Positions 17,382-27,275 of a stretch of 64,000 bases of DNA are shown here, in pieces (within the stretch, counting starts at the first letter, position 1; every line of letters begins with the position of its first letter). The notes under the pieces were generated by a model. The model made no database searches and was not told the origin of the DNA. It worked only from the letters and a program-made list of their open reading frames with translations. Made by a program: the position numbers and the translations under genes. This DNA comes from an uncultured bacterium (GTDB lineage Bacteria > Patescibacteriota > Minisyncoccia > Phycocordibacterales > GWA1-40-21): NCBI GenBank assembly GCA_903832855.1, contig CAILDB010000014.1, positions 144-64,143 of the forward strand. The letters run 5' to 3'.

Positions 17382-19427
17382 TTACCAATCAAAAAGTTCT
17401 TTTATACCCTGACCCAAAGCGGCCCCTCCAATAAGATAAAGGGCTCCAATAACTAAGCAACCGACTCCGCCAGTAGCCACACAAACCACACCACCAACAA
17501 CACCTGCGGCTATTGCAAGCCCAGTACTCAAACCAGGACTAAAACCACCACCTGACGGATTATTATTACTATTTGGATTTGCAGGATTCACTGGTGTGCC
17601 ATCCGCATTCATACATGCTGGCCCTGTTCCAAGTGGTCCTGATGCATCACCTATCCAAGGAGCACTCAACGCAGGGTTAGCTCCCTGACATATTCCACTT
17701 TCATCTGGTACCTCTCCACCAAGAATTGAGTCCCCAACACTTGGTAACGGTGGGTTATTTTCTCTAAAGGTTATATAGCCAGTGCCAAAAACAGGAGATC
17801 CCGCTTTGCTAGTCCCTATCATACTCCCAGGACTACAAGATTGAATAACTACGGCATAAAGTTTTTCGCCATCGCCGCCCTTATTTGTACACTCTGAAAT
17901 ACTCATAACCTGCCCACCAAATGCTATCGGTGATCCTCCTGCTTCAGTAAGAGGAGGGATTTCTTCCGCAGATGAAGCAAGAAATAATGTAGAAGTAGCT
18001 ATCATAAGATTCGCTGAAGGTGTCAGAGAACTTATCATATTTTGATTTAATGTTGCAATGGCCGCCGTCCCCGTCGCACAAGCGACAGTTATGGTCGTCG
18101 TTCCTTGATACATTGAAGGGTAGATACTCATAGTTGAACTCCCACTGGTCTCGGCAAGGTCTTTTTCATAAAAGCTAGCGACAGTAGAACTCGAGCTTCC
18201 CCTACAGGCAGTAAATCCTGTAGAAACCCAGCTAACTGTAGGATTAATGGGAGAATATGCACTTGAAAGAGTCGATGTAGCATAATTTTTCTTGCCATTT
18301 ATTGTTACACCCAAGCTCTTTGTAGTAGTGGCATTAGAATAATTTGAGATATTTAAAGTAGCAGAAGAAATCATAAGATTGGCAGATGGGCTAAGTGAAC
18401 TCACAAGATTTTGATTTAAGGTTGCAACCGCCGTTGTTCCAGTGGCGCAGGCGATAGTAAATGTTTCCGTACCTACCGCATTAGCAGGAAATGTAATTGG
18501 CATATAACCGCTTGTAGGAACAGTTACACCAGAAAAACCAGTCAAAATAGGATTCGTGGTGGCCTTACAATCAGAGAAGCCGACAGAACCCCAGCTAACA
18601 ATAATGCTAGAAGCAACAGCAGAAGAGGTCGTAGAATAATTACTTGCACCGTTTACTTGAATGACCACACTTTTGGCAGAGTTATCGGCTGGGTCACTGC
18701 TCCCCAAAACAACCGTGTTTGCACCATTATTTGTATTATTTGTGTTATTTGAAGGGGCACTTATCACCGTCATTGTAACACTATCAGAGACTAGACCGTT
18801 CGGGCCAACACAAGTCATTACAAACTCACCAGAAGTGACAACATTTGTGATAGAATCTGTTCCAAAAACTGGTTTAACTTGATTTCCTCCAGAAACACAG
18901 GAAGTCACATTGTGAGATGTCCAAATAATAGTTGCCGTACCTCCATGTCCAATTTGCACATTGTCATCTTGTCCATTTACCTTCAAATCCACACTTGGTC
19001 TCTGCGCTTCTGGAATATTTACATTTGTGACAATACTCAAAATAGCGTTAATCTTAGCCCTAGTTACTTCGTCCGTAATTCCTGTTGGCTCAAAATTATA
19101 GAGATTTTGAAATTTAATGAGTGCCGTCTTCGTTGCAGGACCAAAATAGGTAGTTTCATGGCCCGATGAGCCATTTCCCGAGGTGGCAACCACAGTATTC
19201 GGGTCAGAATTAAGCACTTTTTGCAAAAGAAGCACTTCTGGGTCAGTCATTCCTTGTTTTAACTCCTTGCTTATGCGTGTAGCAGAATTGGAAAGTGCTG
19301 CCCTGATGACAGACCTCGCAAGATCAGCTTTTTCAGGCGAAATAACACCAATTGTAATAAGCGTCTCAACAAAATCAATAAGTTCTTGAGAATTATCTGC
19401 TATAGCTACAGTTGAAGTTGAGGTCAA
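17382..19427 (-). CDS. Cell-surface protein with N-terminal peptidoglycan-binding (PG_binding_1-like) domain, an internal ~120-aa tandem duplication and a C-terminal Gly-rich TM anchor.
   Basis: LLLQKVLNSDPNTVVATSGNGSSGHETTYFGPATKTALIKFQ; repeats ...IACATGT.A.ATLNQN.ISSL.PSANLMI... Confidence 0.55.
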   Translation of the reverse strand: MTSTSTVAIADNSQELIDFVETLITIGVISPEKADLARSVIRAALSNSATRISKELKQGMTDPEVLLLQKVLNSDPNTVVATSGNGSSGHETTYFGPATKTALIKFQNLYNFEPTGITDEVTRAKINAILSIVTNVNIPEAQRPSVDLKVNGQDDNVQIGHGGTATIIWTSHNVTSCVSGGNQVKPVFGTDSITNVVTSGEFVMTCVGPNGLVSDSVTMTVISAPSNNTNNTNNGANTVVLGSSDPADNSAKSVVIQVNGASNYSTTSSAVASSIIVSWGSVGFSDCKATTNPILTGFSGVTVPTSGYMPITFPANAVGTETFTIACATGTTAVATLNQNLVSSLSPSANLMISSATLNISNYSNATTTKSLGVTINGKKNYATSTLSSAYSPINPTVSWVSTGFTACRGSSSSTVASFYEKDLAETSGSSTMSIYPSMYQGTTTITVACATGTAAIATLNQNMISSLTPSANLMIATSTLFLASSAEEIPPLTEAGGSPIAFGGQVMSISECTNKGGDGEKLYAVVIQSCSPGSMIGTSKAGSPVFGTGYITFRENNPPLPSVGDSILGGEVPDESGICQGANPALSAPWIGDASGPLGTGPACMNADGTPVNPANPNSNNNPSGGGFSPGLSTGLAIAAGVVGGVVCVATGGVGCLVIGALYLIGGAALGQGIKELFDW

Positions 19428-19626
19428 AGTTGTAGCACTTGCAGAAAGATAAAAAGCCGGAAAAGAAGTTACAAAAAAATTGCGATAAAAATAGAAACGA
19501 GAGTTTTTCTAAAATATAACATATAAATATGTGATTAATTTTTAATAAAAAATACGAAATATAACTGTTCACAATTATATCACAAAATCATTTGCAAGAT
19601 ACTAGCCCTGTTGATATAATTGCCCT

Positions 19627-20601
19627 ATGAATCTTGACAAGAAATATTTGCCATCAAGAAAATTTATTATTTCTCTTTCTACGGTTATTGCTTTGGTAAT
19701 TATTATTGTTGCTGTGAGATATGCTTGGACTGGGAAAAAAGAAACACTTGTTTTGGGTAATCAAGAAATAACTACTCAAGATATTGCAAATATTAAAACG
19801 ATTGATACCGATAATGATGGCCTCCCCGACTGGGAAGAGGCACTTTGGAAAACAGACCCCAAAAATCCCGACACAGACGGAGATGGCACCCCTGACGGTG
19901 CAGAAATAGACGCTGGCAGAGATCCTCTAGTTGCAAACACTGCAGGCCCAGGCAAGGAGCCGAATGATAAAATTGATCCAAAAATTATTGCTAGTAACAC
20001 TGCAGATGATGCAGAGTGGAACTCTCTGAACGAAACGCAAAAATTTGGAAGAATGCTTTTGTCGGATTATATTGCCGTGCAACCAGCTGATGGCTCTGCA
20101 CTCACCACAGACCAAACAAATCAACTCGTGCAAAATGCAGCTGCAAATACACCTGAGATACAACTTCAGCAAAAATATCTCATTGAAAATATTTCAATAA
20201 TTGATAATCCAACAGCAAAAGATATTTCAAATTATTCTACAGAATTTTATAAGATTTTTAATAATGAAGTAAAAAATAATTTATTATCAGAATTTTCTAT
20301 TTTGGACACATATGCTACCAATAATGATCCAAAAGTACTGAAGGGTTTGGATAAAATTATTGCATCCTACCAAAAATCCGCACAGGATATGATTAATATT
20401 AAGACTCCGGCAGAGATTGCTGATAGCCAATTATTATATGCAAATTCCTTGTATGACCTTTCTTCTCTTGCTACAAAATTAAAAGAAGCCGAAAATAATT
20501 CATTAATAGTGATAACTGCATTTAGTAAATATAGCGATGTTATAAACAATTTAAATCAAGCTCTTCAGAGTATTGGTTCGTATGTATCCAGAAATATGTA
20601 A
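19627..20601 (+). CDS. Membrane-anchored protein with thrombospondin-type-3-like Ca-binding repeats (DTDNDGLPDWEE...DTDGDGTPDGAE).
   Basis: N-terminal TM; Dx[DN]xDG repeats. Confidence 0.5.
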   Translation: MNLDKKYLPSRKFIISLSTVIALVIIIVAVRYAWTGKKETLVLGNQEITTQDIANIKTIDTDNDGLPDWEEALWKTDPKNPDTDGDGTPDGAEIDAGRDPLVANTAGPGKEPNDKIDPKIIASNTADDAEWNSLNETQKFGRMLLSDYIAVQPADGSALTTDQTNQLVQNAAANTPEIQLQQKYLIENISIIDNPTAKDISNYSTEFYKIFNNEVKNNLLSEFSILDTYATNNDPKVLKGLDKIIASYQKSAQDMINIKTPAEIADSQLLYANSLYDLSSLATKLKEAENNSLIVITAFSKYSDVINNLNQALQSIGSYVSRNM

Positions 20602-20644
20602 CGCAAGAAAATTAATTATTTATTTGATATAATATATAAGTAAA

Positions 20645-22468
20645 ATGTTGAAAAATAGATTTAATAAAAAAGTTATCTCAGGAATTCTAATAACAGCGAT
20701 TGTAGCGATAAATTTTTCATTTATAACTATTCCACAAAAAGCAAAAGCGAATGGGGAAACCGTGGTACAACCTGTATTAATACCTCCAACTGGGGTAACT
20801 GGTCTTCCTGTTTCAGATTTTACTGTACAGGCACAAAATTTTCAAAATCACGCAGAGGCATTCATGGTACAAGTGGCAGACAGATTTGCAAGAACTATAG
20901 CAAAGGTTTTTATACTCACTCTTGCTCAACAAATTGCAGATTGGATTGCGGGTGGATTTCAAGGTAACCCTTCTTTTTTAAATGATCCGGCCAGATTTGC
21001 AGTGAATATTACAAACCAAACTATTGGCGAATTTATTTACAATGACCCATCACTTAGTTTCCTATGTAAACCATTTCAACTTCAAATAAAACTTTCTCTA
21101 GCAATACAACACAGAAAATTTTATCAGACAGTTAATTGTACTTTGACTGGAGTAGTAAATAATGTAACTAATGCCATCATGGACCCTTATAATGCATTTA
21201 AAAACGGCGACTTTATAGGAGGAGGAGGGTGGGACTCATTTCTCGTAATGACTACAGACCCGAATGCTACACCCGAAGGGGCATTCCTCACAATGAGCAG
21301 TGAACTTGACGCGAGAATACAAAATAAACAAGGAGCTCTTACCAAGGAACTATCGCAAGGTATGGGATCTTTATCATTTAAAAAATGTACAGAGACAAGC
21401 TACGCGGTAACCAAAACACCCGACGGTATAACAGAAAGACAAGAAGTCGCCGGCAGTCAAAGAGAATATACAGGTAACCCTTTCTATGATCAATCCACTA
21501 CGACAACATCTTACACAAGTGCAGGTGATAATCAAGTAAATAATTGGAATAGTCTATGGGATACATCGTACACATACGAAGGAACAGACAAAGTCACGGA
21601 CTGCAAAACCACAACCCCAGGTGCCTTGATTGCCTCCAACTTATTTTCTTCAAGTCAATCCGGTCAAAGGATGGGCGAATTTCAAGCGGTTGTAGGTGAT
21701 GCAATGGACATAATAATAGGTGGCGTATCTACACTTGTAGTGTCGACTGCTCTAGCAAAAATAAGAGAGGCCTTTTCTGGTAGTACTCAAAATTACGCTA
21801 GCATAGATCAAATAACTGCAGACCTGCAAGCTCAACAAGCACAACAGGCGGCCTACAATGCGACATATAATAGTGGGGGAAGTTTAGGAGGTGGCACAAT
21901 TAGTGGTGGTTCTATTTATACTGACTCATTATATACACAAAGAAATAGCGCAATAGAAGCAATAAATAATCAGATAGGTTATGAAACAGTGTATCAAACA
22001 ACTCAAAATCATATTCTTAATTATCTAAATAATATAAGGACCCTTTTTGTTCAATTGCAGGGATGTTATAACACAAATAGCGGTGCTGGTGACGGACAAA
22101 ATGGTCTGAGAGCTAGTGCAATACAATCGGCTGTCCTAAATGCGATAGACGGACAGATTAATCCTTCAACAGGAAGTTATCTTTTTGCATTAAATGTTAA
22201 TGTGATAAATAATCATATCGCAAGCTCCACAGCAAATGGCTCCAACCTAAGTGCTCGGCTAACAGCAGTTCAAAATGCTACTACTGCAACACAAATCAGC
22301 AGCCAATTAAGCGGTCTGGGTAATGCTCCTTTCCATTCATCTACAGAAGCTGTAAGCACAAGTAATGCTGATTCCATTTATGCTTGGGCAACGACAGGGG
22401 TAATTGGTAATTACAATAACCAGAATGTTTGTTCAGCCACGATTCCTGCATACACGGGTAGTGAGTAG
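20645..22468 (+). CDS. Secreted hypothetical protein (signal peptide; Gln/Asn/Thr-rich).
   Basis: N-terminal signal MLKNRFNKKVISGILITAIVAINFSFITIPQKAKA. Confidence 0.5.
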   Translation: MLKNRFNKKVISGILITAIVAINFSFITIPQKAKANGETVVQPVLIPPTGVTGLPVSDFTVQAQNFQNHAEAFMVQVADRFARTIAKVFILTLAQQIADWIAGGFQGNPSFLNDPARFAVNITNQTIGEFIYNDPSLSFLCKPFQLQIKLSLAIQHRKFYQTVNCTLTGVVNNVTNAIMDPYNAFKNGDFIGGGGWDSFLVMTTDPNATPEGAFLTMSSELDARIQNKQGALTKELSQGMGSLSFKKCTETSYAVTKTPDGITERQEVAGSQREYTGNPFYDQSTTTTSYTSAGDNQVNNWNSLWDTSYTYEGTDKVTDCKTTTPGALIASNLFSSSQSGQRMGEFQAVVGDAMDIIIGGVSTLVVSTALAKIREAFSGSTQNYASIDQITADLQAQQAQQAAYNATYNSGGSLGGGTISGGSIYTDSLYTQRNSAIEAINNQIGYETVYQTTQNHILNYLNNIRTLFVQLQGCYNTNSGAGDGQNGLRASAIQSAVLNAIDGQINPSTGSYLFALNVNVINNHIASSTANGSNLSARLTAVQNATTATQISSQLSGLGNAPFHSSTEAVSTSNADSIYAWATTGVIGNYNNQNVCSATIPAYTGSE

Positions 22469-22709
22469 GTTAGTTGTTTAAGTTTTTTCCGTCATTGCGA
22501 CCCCGTACTTGATACGGGGGAAGCAATCCAGTCATTCAGTTCCGTCATTCCCACCGTTCTTTTCCCCCGTTTGTCATCCCGTTGAAGGTCGTGAGCTTGG
22601 GTTGGGACCCAAGCGCAAGATCGGAGCGCGACGGCGCGAGATGGGCCCTGCAGGCTTTTCAGCAGAAAAGCACTGTGGGGATCCATCCAATAATTCCAGA
22701 TGAATTTTT
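22469..22709. repeat. GC-rich island of at least 5 small palindromic units (cgtcattgcga, cgtcattccc and gcttgggt-tggg-acccaagc-type hairpins, cgcgacggcgcg, gcttttcagcagaaaagc).
   Basis: Units related to those embedded in the recombinase and xth. ORFs 22492-22722 and 22509-22703 are spurious. Confidence 0.5.
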
Positions 22710-22733
22710 TTGAGCCGCTCAAAAAAATTCATC
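22699..22733. promoter_or_regulatory. Perfect 17-bp inverted repeat with 1-nt spacer (gatgaatttttttgagc c gctcaaaaaaattcatc), 25 bp upstream of the VirB6-like start.
   Basis: Read directly; it contains the recurring motif ccagatgaattttt. Confidence 0.4.
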
Positions 22734-22757
22734 CATCACAAAACAAAAAAACAAATA

Positions 22758-25181
22758 ATGAAAAAAATAACGCAAAAAAACTTCTTCACATCCACCACAT
22801 TCAAGCTTTTCATTGCATCCGCAATGATGCTCGGAGTTTTTTTGTTGCCGGTGAAAATAGCTGTGAATAATTCTGGGGTCGGTGTTTCTGTGCAGAAAAC
22901 TTTGGCGCAAACTACTTTAAGTATCGACCAGCAGCTGGTAATTTTGGAAAATTCTACTTCTTTGACTCCCTATCAAAAATGCATAGTAAGAGCTATGATA
23001 AACCATCCTATATTAAGTCGCATACCTCAATGGAATGTATTTAATGCGGCCACTTGCAGTAAAACCGTGAAGGCTGTAGCAACTGCTACAATAAGTGGTG
23101 CTTTGGGAATACCTACACTAGTAATGGCATTTATCTTTTGGCTTATAAGAGCCATTGTAGGATGGCTAGCTACAATTTCGGCACGGCTTTTAGATTATTC
23201 AATAGTAGTAGCAATTGGTTTTGATTATACTACCGCGGTATCTGGAATAACAAAAGTATGGACGCTCATTAGAGACCTTTGTAACATTTCTCTTGTCTTT
23301 ATATTACTTTATGCAGGAATAATGCAAATAATTGGCTTTGCAAAAGCAAATACAAAACAAATAATTATTAATGTTGTTATTGTCGGATTATTTTTAAATT
23401 TTAGTTTATTTTTTACAAGAGTCGCTATAGATGCAAGCAATATTGTTTCAACCGCTCTTTATAATCAAATCGTAACTATAAGTGGTTCAACGAATTTCTC
23501 TGCGTCATTAATAGATGGACTAGGCATCAGTGCTGTTTTATCAAATAACACTATATCAACTAGTGATTTAGGTAACTTAAATCTCGTTTCAGCTATTACA
23601 AACATAAGTGTAATAATATCTTTTGTCCCTCAAATTATACTTTTTTCTATAATTCTCTGGGCTTTTTTATCGGTTGCTTTTCTTTTTATTGGTAGAGTAG
23701 TGATGGTTATAATTTTAATGGCCATATCACCAATAGGATTTATAGGGTTAGCTATAGGTCATCTTTCAAAAGAACTTGAGGATGCTTCTATTTGGTGGAG
23801 AAAGCAACTTTTAAATCAAATGTTTGTTATACCAATATTTTTGGTTTTTCTGATTATAATTATGAGCCTATGTTCAGTTGCAGGTAAGATCGCTCTCTCT
23901 TCGGATGTTATACTGTCAGCACTTAAATCAGGTACTCTTGATTTTTCTGCATATCTCATCTTTTTCATATTAATTTTCTTACTAACCAAAGCTGTAAGTA
24001 TCGCCAAAAAAACAAGCGGGGCAGTCGCCGAATTTGGAAACGGGATGGTAGGAAAACTTGGAGGAATGGTGGTGGGGGCTGGTCTTACAGTCGCTACTGG
24101 AGGAGGTGCGTTCTTGGCTAAAAGCACAATAGGAAGAGCTGCATCAACTATTGCAAGTGGAAAAGGAAGAATCGGGGGTATGCTAAATAAAGCTGCTAAT
24201 AATGGAAATACTTTAGCACAATGGACAATAGGTGGAGCAAAGAAAACTGCGGGAGCGGGTTTTGATGTTAGAAATACTGCGGGTGGAGCTTGGTTTAATA
24301 AAACAACAGGTATAAATGCAAATACAAATATTCTAGGGACGGGAATTGGTCAAGCACAAAAAGGAGGGTTCACTGATGCACAAAAGAAATACAACGAACA
24401 ACAAGTTGAATATGCAAAGAGAGCATCTCAGCTTACAGACGCGGACAAAGACAAAGCGACAGCAAAAGTAGAAGAAACCAGAATAAATCTCGGTGGAGAT
24501 ATACAAACATTAACGCAAAAACTAACGGGATTGGCGACAGACAAGACAAGACTGGAGGCAGAAAAGGCAAGTAAAGAAACAGACAAAACGAACATCGAAA
24601 CATTAATCGCCGGGCTAAAAGCACACGATGGAGATATCGATTTTAAAACTGGGAAAAAGATTGATAACACTGCGGCAATTAAACAAAAAGAGGATGAAAT
24701 GAAACTAAAAGAAGCAGAGATAAAACAAAAAAGTGCCGAGATTGATGAAAAGATTTCAGATATAAAAACTAAAACTGCAGAAAAAAAGAAAAAAGAAGAC
24801 GAATATACAAAAATAAATAGTGTTGATGGTCATCGAGAAGCCCAGGAAAAAGAAGAGAAAACTATTTCCAAAGAAAAGATGAGAAACTATGCTGACAATG
24901 TAGAAAATGGGCAAAATGCTTCGCGCATATCACTAAAAACTGGTTTTGTCAGTAGAAGTCAAATGAGCGCAACAGCAGAAGGAATAAGAAAAGCTATTGG
25001 TGAAAAAAGTTTAACAGAATTGATAGGTGAAAAGGCAATTGAAGATGAAAAGAAAAAGCAGGCCGCTTTGGGCTCTTCTCCTGCACCAACCCCAGTTCCT
25101 CCGACTCCTGTAAGACCAGTGACACCCCCTCCATCACCAAGACCAACACCGACGACCCATTCCGTTCCACCAACTCATTAA
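22758..25181 (+). CDS. VirB6/TrbL-like polytopic membrane protein with a Gly-rich segment, Lys-rich coiled coil and Pro-rich C-terminus.
   Basis: At least 6 TM helices, then the ...PAPTPVPPTPVRPVTPPPSP tail. The ORF track starts it at the TTG at 22710. Confidence 0.4.
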   Translation: MKKITQKNFFTSTTFKLFIASAMMLGVFLLPVKIAVNNSGVGVSVQKTLAQTTLSIDQQLVILENSTSLTPYQKCIVRAMINHPILSRIPQWNVFNAATCSKTVKAVATATISGALGIPTLVMAFIFWLIRAIVGWLATISARLLDYSIVVAIGFDYTTAVSGITKVWTLIRDLCNISLVFILLYAGIMQIIGFAKANTKQIIINVVIVGLFLNFSLFFTRVAIDASNIVSTALYNQIVTISGSTNFSASLIDGLGISAVLSNNTISTSDLGNLNLVSAITNISVIISFVPQIILFSIILWAFLSVAFLFIGRVVMVIILMAISPIGFIGLAIGHLSKELEDASIWWRKQLLNQMFVIPIFLVFLIIIMSLCSVAGKIALSSDVILSALKSGTLDFSAYLIFFILIFLLTKAVSIAKKTSGAVAEFGNGMVGKLGGMVVGAGLTVATGGGAFLAKSTIGRAASTIASGKGRIGGMLNKAANNGNTLAQWTIGGAKKTAGAGFDVRNTAGGAWFNKTTGINANTNILGTGIGQAQKGGFTDAQKKYNEQQVEYAKRASQLTDADKDKATAKVEETRINLGGDIQTLTQKLTGLATDKTRLEAEKASKETDKTNIETLIAGLKAHDGDIDFKTGKKIDNTAAIKQKEDEMKLKEAEIKQKSAEIDEKISDIKTKTAEKKKKEDEYTKINSVDGHREAQEKEEKTISKEKMRNYADNVENGQNASRISLKTGFVSRSQMSATAEGIRKAIGEKSLTELIGEKAIEDEKKKQAALGSSPAPTPVPPTPVRPVTPPPSPRPTPTTHSVPPTH

Positions 25182-25192
25182 ATTAAATAATT

Positions 25193-25960
25193 ATGGACGA
25201 TAAAGAAATACAGGACATCATAGCCGAGCAAATGAAAAAACTTCCTACCGATGTGAAGGATGCGGTTTTTTCGGTGGATTATAGTGCAATATTGGACCAG
25301 ATTACGAGGAAAAATCGATTACTCATAGATCAAGCAGGGAAGCTAGAAGTGGAAACCACTCTTGTAATGGTAGGGCTTGAGCCACTTGTGGATTACAAGA
25401 AAAATTTGATGAAAAATCTGGTGGTGGATGAAAAAGAAGCGAGTGCAATAGTGGCAGATGTAAATGAACTTATATTTAAAAAAATTCGCGCATCACTTCA
25501 AAAAATAAATGAGGAAATGGAGATGGACGAAACGCTGGAAGAGCAGGAAATTCAAAAAGAAAATGTCCTTCAGGGAATTGAGGACCCAAGTAAAATACCT
25601 TTGAGAGAAGGGACGGTTTCCATTAGTTCTCTTGCTTCAAATAGTGGAAGGCCAACGACAGAAACAGAAATTTTTTCTAAAGGAGTTGAAATTAACACAC
25701 CAATAGACAATAATGTTTCTGCGATGAGGCAAATTCCACCGGCTCCCAAACCCCCGCTTCTTCTTACAAACACACTTTCCGCAAATCCTAAAAGGCAAAT
25801 AGATGATGTGATAGCGGAGAAGATGAGTGGAGCTACCAGTTTGCCAAAAGAAAGTATTCGTATGGAAGAAGTGAGCAAAATTCCACAAAAGACAGAACTT
25901 AAGCCCGAGCCAAAACCAGAGTTCAAAAAATTTGACGCTTATAGAGAGCCGATAGAATAG
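25193..25960 (+). CDS. Hypothetical protein (T4SS-like cluster).
   Basis: ORF in an operon-like array. Confidence 0.45.
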   Translation: MDDKEIQDIIAEQMKKLPTDVKDAVFSVDYSAILDQITRKNRLLIDQAGKLEVETTLVMVGLEPLVDYKKNLMKNLVVDEKEASAIVADVNELIFKKIRASLQKINEEMEMDETLEEQEIQKENVLQGIEDPSKIPLREGTVSISSLASNSGRPTTETEIFSKGVEINTPIDNNVSAMRQIPPAPKPPLLLTNTLSANPKRQIDDVIAEKMSGATSLPKESIRMEEVSKIPQKTELKPEPKPEFKKFDAYREPIE

Positions 25961-25969
25961 AAAAAATAA

Positions 25970-26434
25970 ATGCAATTTCAAACACCACAGTTTATAGAAG
26001 TTGAGGACAAAATTTTTGCCCGATTAACTTTCAAGCAAGCTATTTACATTGGCGGTGGTGGGGGAATGGCTTTTACTGCCTTTTATTTTATTCCTTTTAA
26101 AATAATTTCTATTCCTATCGCTCTTGCATTTGCTATTTTCGGATTAATGCTTGCTTTTTACAGGCCAAATAACCGCTCTTTTGTCTTTATGCTCCAATCC
26201 GCATTTTATTATTTCACAAATAGCCGTCTTTACATCTGGAAAAAGAAAGAAAATATTCCAGTGCATACTGGTTTGGAAGAAGGCGCAAGAAAGACAACCC
26301 CTTTATATATTCCCAAACTTTCTGACAGTAAATTAAAAGACCTGACATGGAGTTTGGATATTAAAGAGTCGCTGAATCCTGTCACAAGAGACAAAAAGCC
26401 GGATGGTAGGGTGCTGGGTGGGGAGAGAATATAG
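25970..26434 (+). CDS. Small membrane protein (2 TM), possibly VirB3-like.
   Basis: GGGGGMAFTAFYFIPFKIISIPIALAFAIFGLMLAF. Confidence 0.35.
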   Translation: MQFQTPQFIEVEDKIFARLTFKQAIYIGGGGGMAFTAFYFIPFKIISIPIALAFAIFGLMLAFYRPNNRSFVFMLQSAFYYFTNSRLYIWKKKENIPVHTGLEEGARKTTPLYIPKLSDSKLKDLTWSLDIKESLNPVTRDKKPDGRVLGGERI

Positions 26435-26446
26435 AAAACAGAGGGG

Positions 26447-26474
26447 ATGGATCCCGACCTGCGTCGGGATGACA
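26447..26474. repeat. GC hairpin repeat atggatcccgacctgcgtcgggatgaca (family with 958-986 and 56738-56765); the stem carries a compensatory g/c to a/t change.
   Basis: Compared directly. Confidence 0.55.
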
Positions 26475-26489
26475 GACGGGGACATTTGC

Positions 26490-26570
26490 AAACAGCCACG
26501 AAGTAAAGTTTTTTACAAACGTCCCTGGCCGGACTTGGGACGTTTTAAAGAACTTTATGAAGTGGGTGCT
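26490..26570 (+). repeat. Short variant of the GTCCCTGGCCGGACTTGGGAC palindromic repeat family.
   Basis: Core gtccctggccggacttgggac flanked by aaacag...gaagtggg. Confidence 0.55.
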
Positions 26571-26613
26571 TGCAAACAGGATATTCAAATAATTTTTATG
26601 ATATAATATAAAA

Positions 26614-27267
26614 ATGCCGGAAACAAAAACAACAGCACGGGCAACACAGGACTTTGTTCCTATCAAAGAAATTCGTGATGGGGTTATTATTTTGAAAGAT
26701 AATTCAATGCGAGCTGTGATAATGGTTTCATCTATCAACTTTGCTTTGAAGTCCGTGGAGGAGCAGGAGGCCGTGATATATCAATTTCAAAATTTTTTAA
26801 ACTCTTTGGACTTTTCTATTCAAATTTCCATTCAGTCAAGGGAGCTTGACATCAGGCCCTACCTAGCCCTACTTGAAGAAAGATACAAAGGCGAGCTTAG
26901 CGACCTTATGAAAATACAAATCAAAGAATACATTGCTTTCATCAAGGCCTTCGTGGAACAATCCAGCATTATGACCAAAACATTTTTCATTGTAATTCCT
27001 TTTGCACAAACACTCATCACACCTTCTTCAAATAATATTGTGAGTAATCTTTTGGGCAAGAAACAAGCGCCAAGCGCACAGGCAGGCGGACAAAATGATA
27101 CATTTATAGAAAACAGAACTCAAATAGAACAGAGAATTGGTGTGGTGCAAAGCGGACTTATCAGATGCGGACTCAAAAGTGTAGAGCTCGGCACAGATGA
27201 GATAGTAGAATTGTTCTACAAGATTTTCAATCCGGGGGACTTAGAAAAACCAATCGTAAATGCATAA
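26614..27267 (+). CDS. Hypothetical protein immediately upstream of the VirB4-like ATPase (possibly a split N-terminal domain).
   Basis: 9-bp gap to the next gene. Confidence 0.4.
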   Translation: MPETKTTARATQDFVPIKEIRDGVIILKDNSMRAVIMVSSINFALKSVEEQEAVIYQFQNFLNSLDFSIQISIQSRELDIRPYLALLEERYKGELSDLMKIQIKEYIAFIKAFVEQSSIMTKTFFIVIPFAQTLITPSSNNIVSNLLGKKQAPSAQAGGQNDTFIENRTQIEQRIGVVQSGLIRCGLKSVELGTDEIVELFYKIFNPGDLEKPIVNA

Positions 27268-27275
27268 ATAACAAT

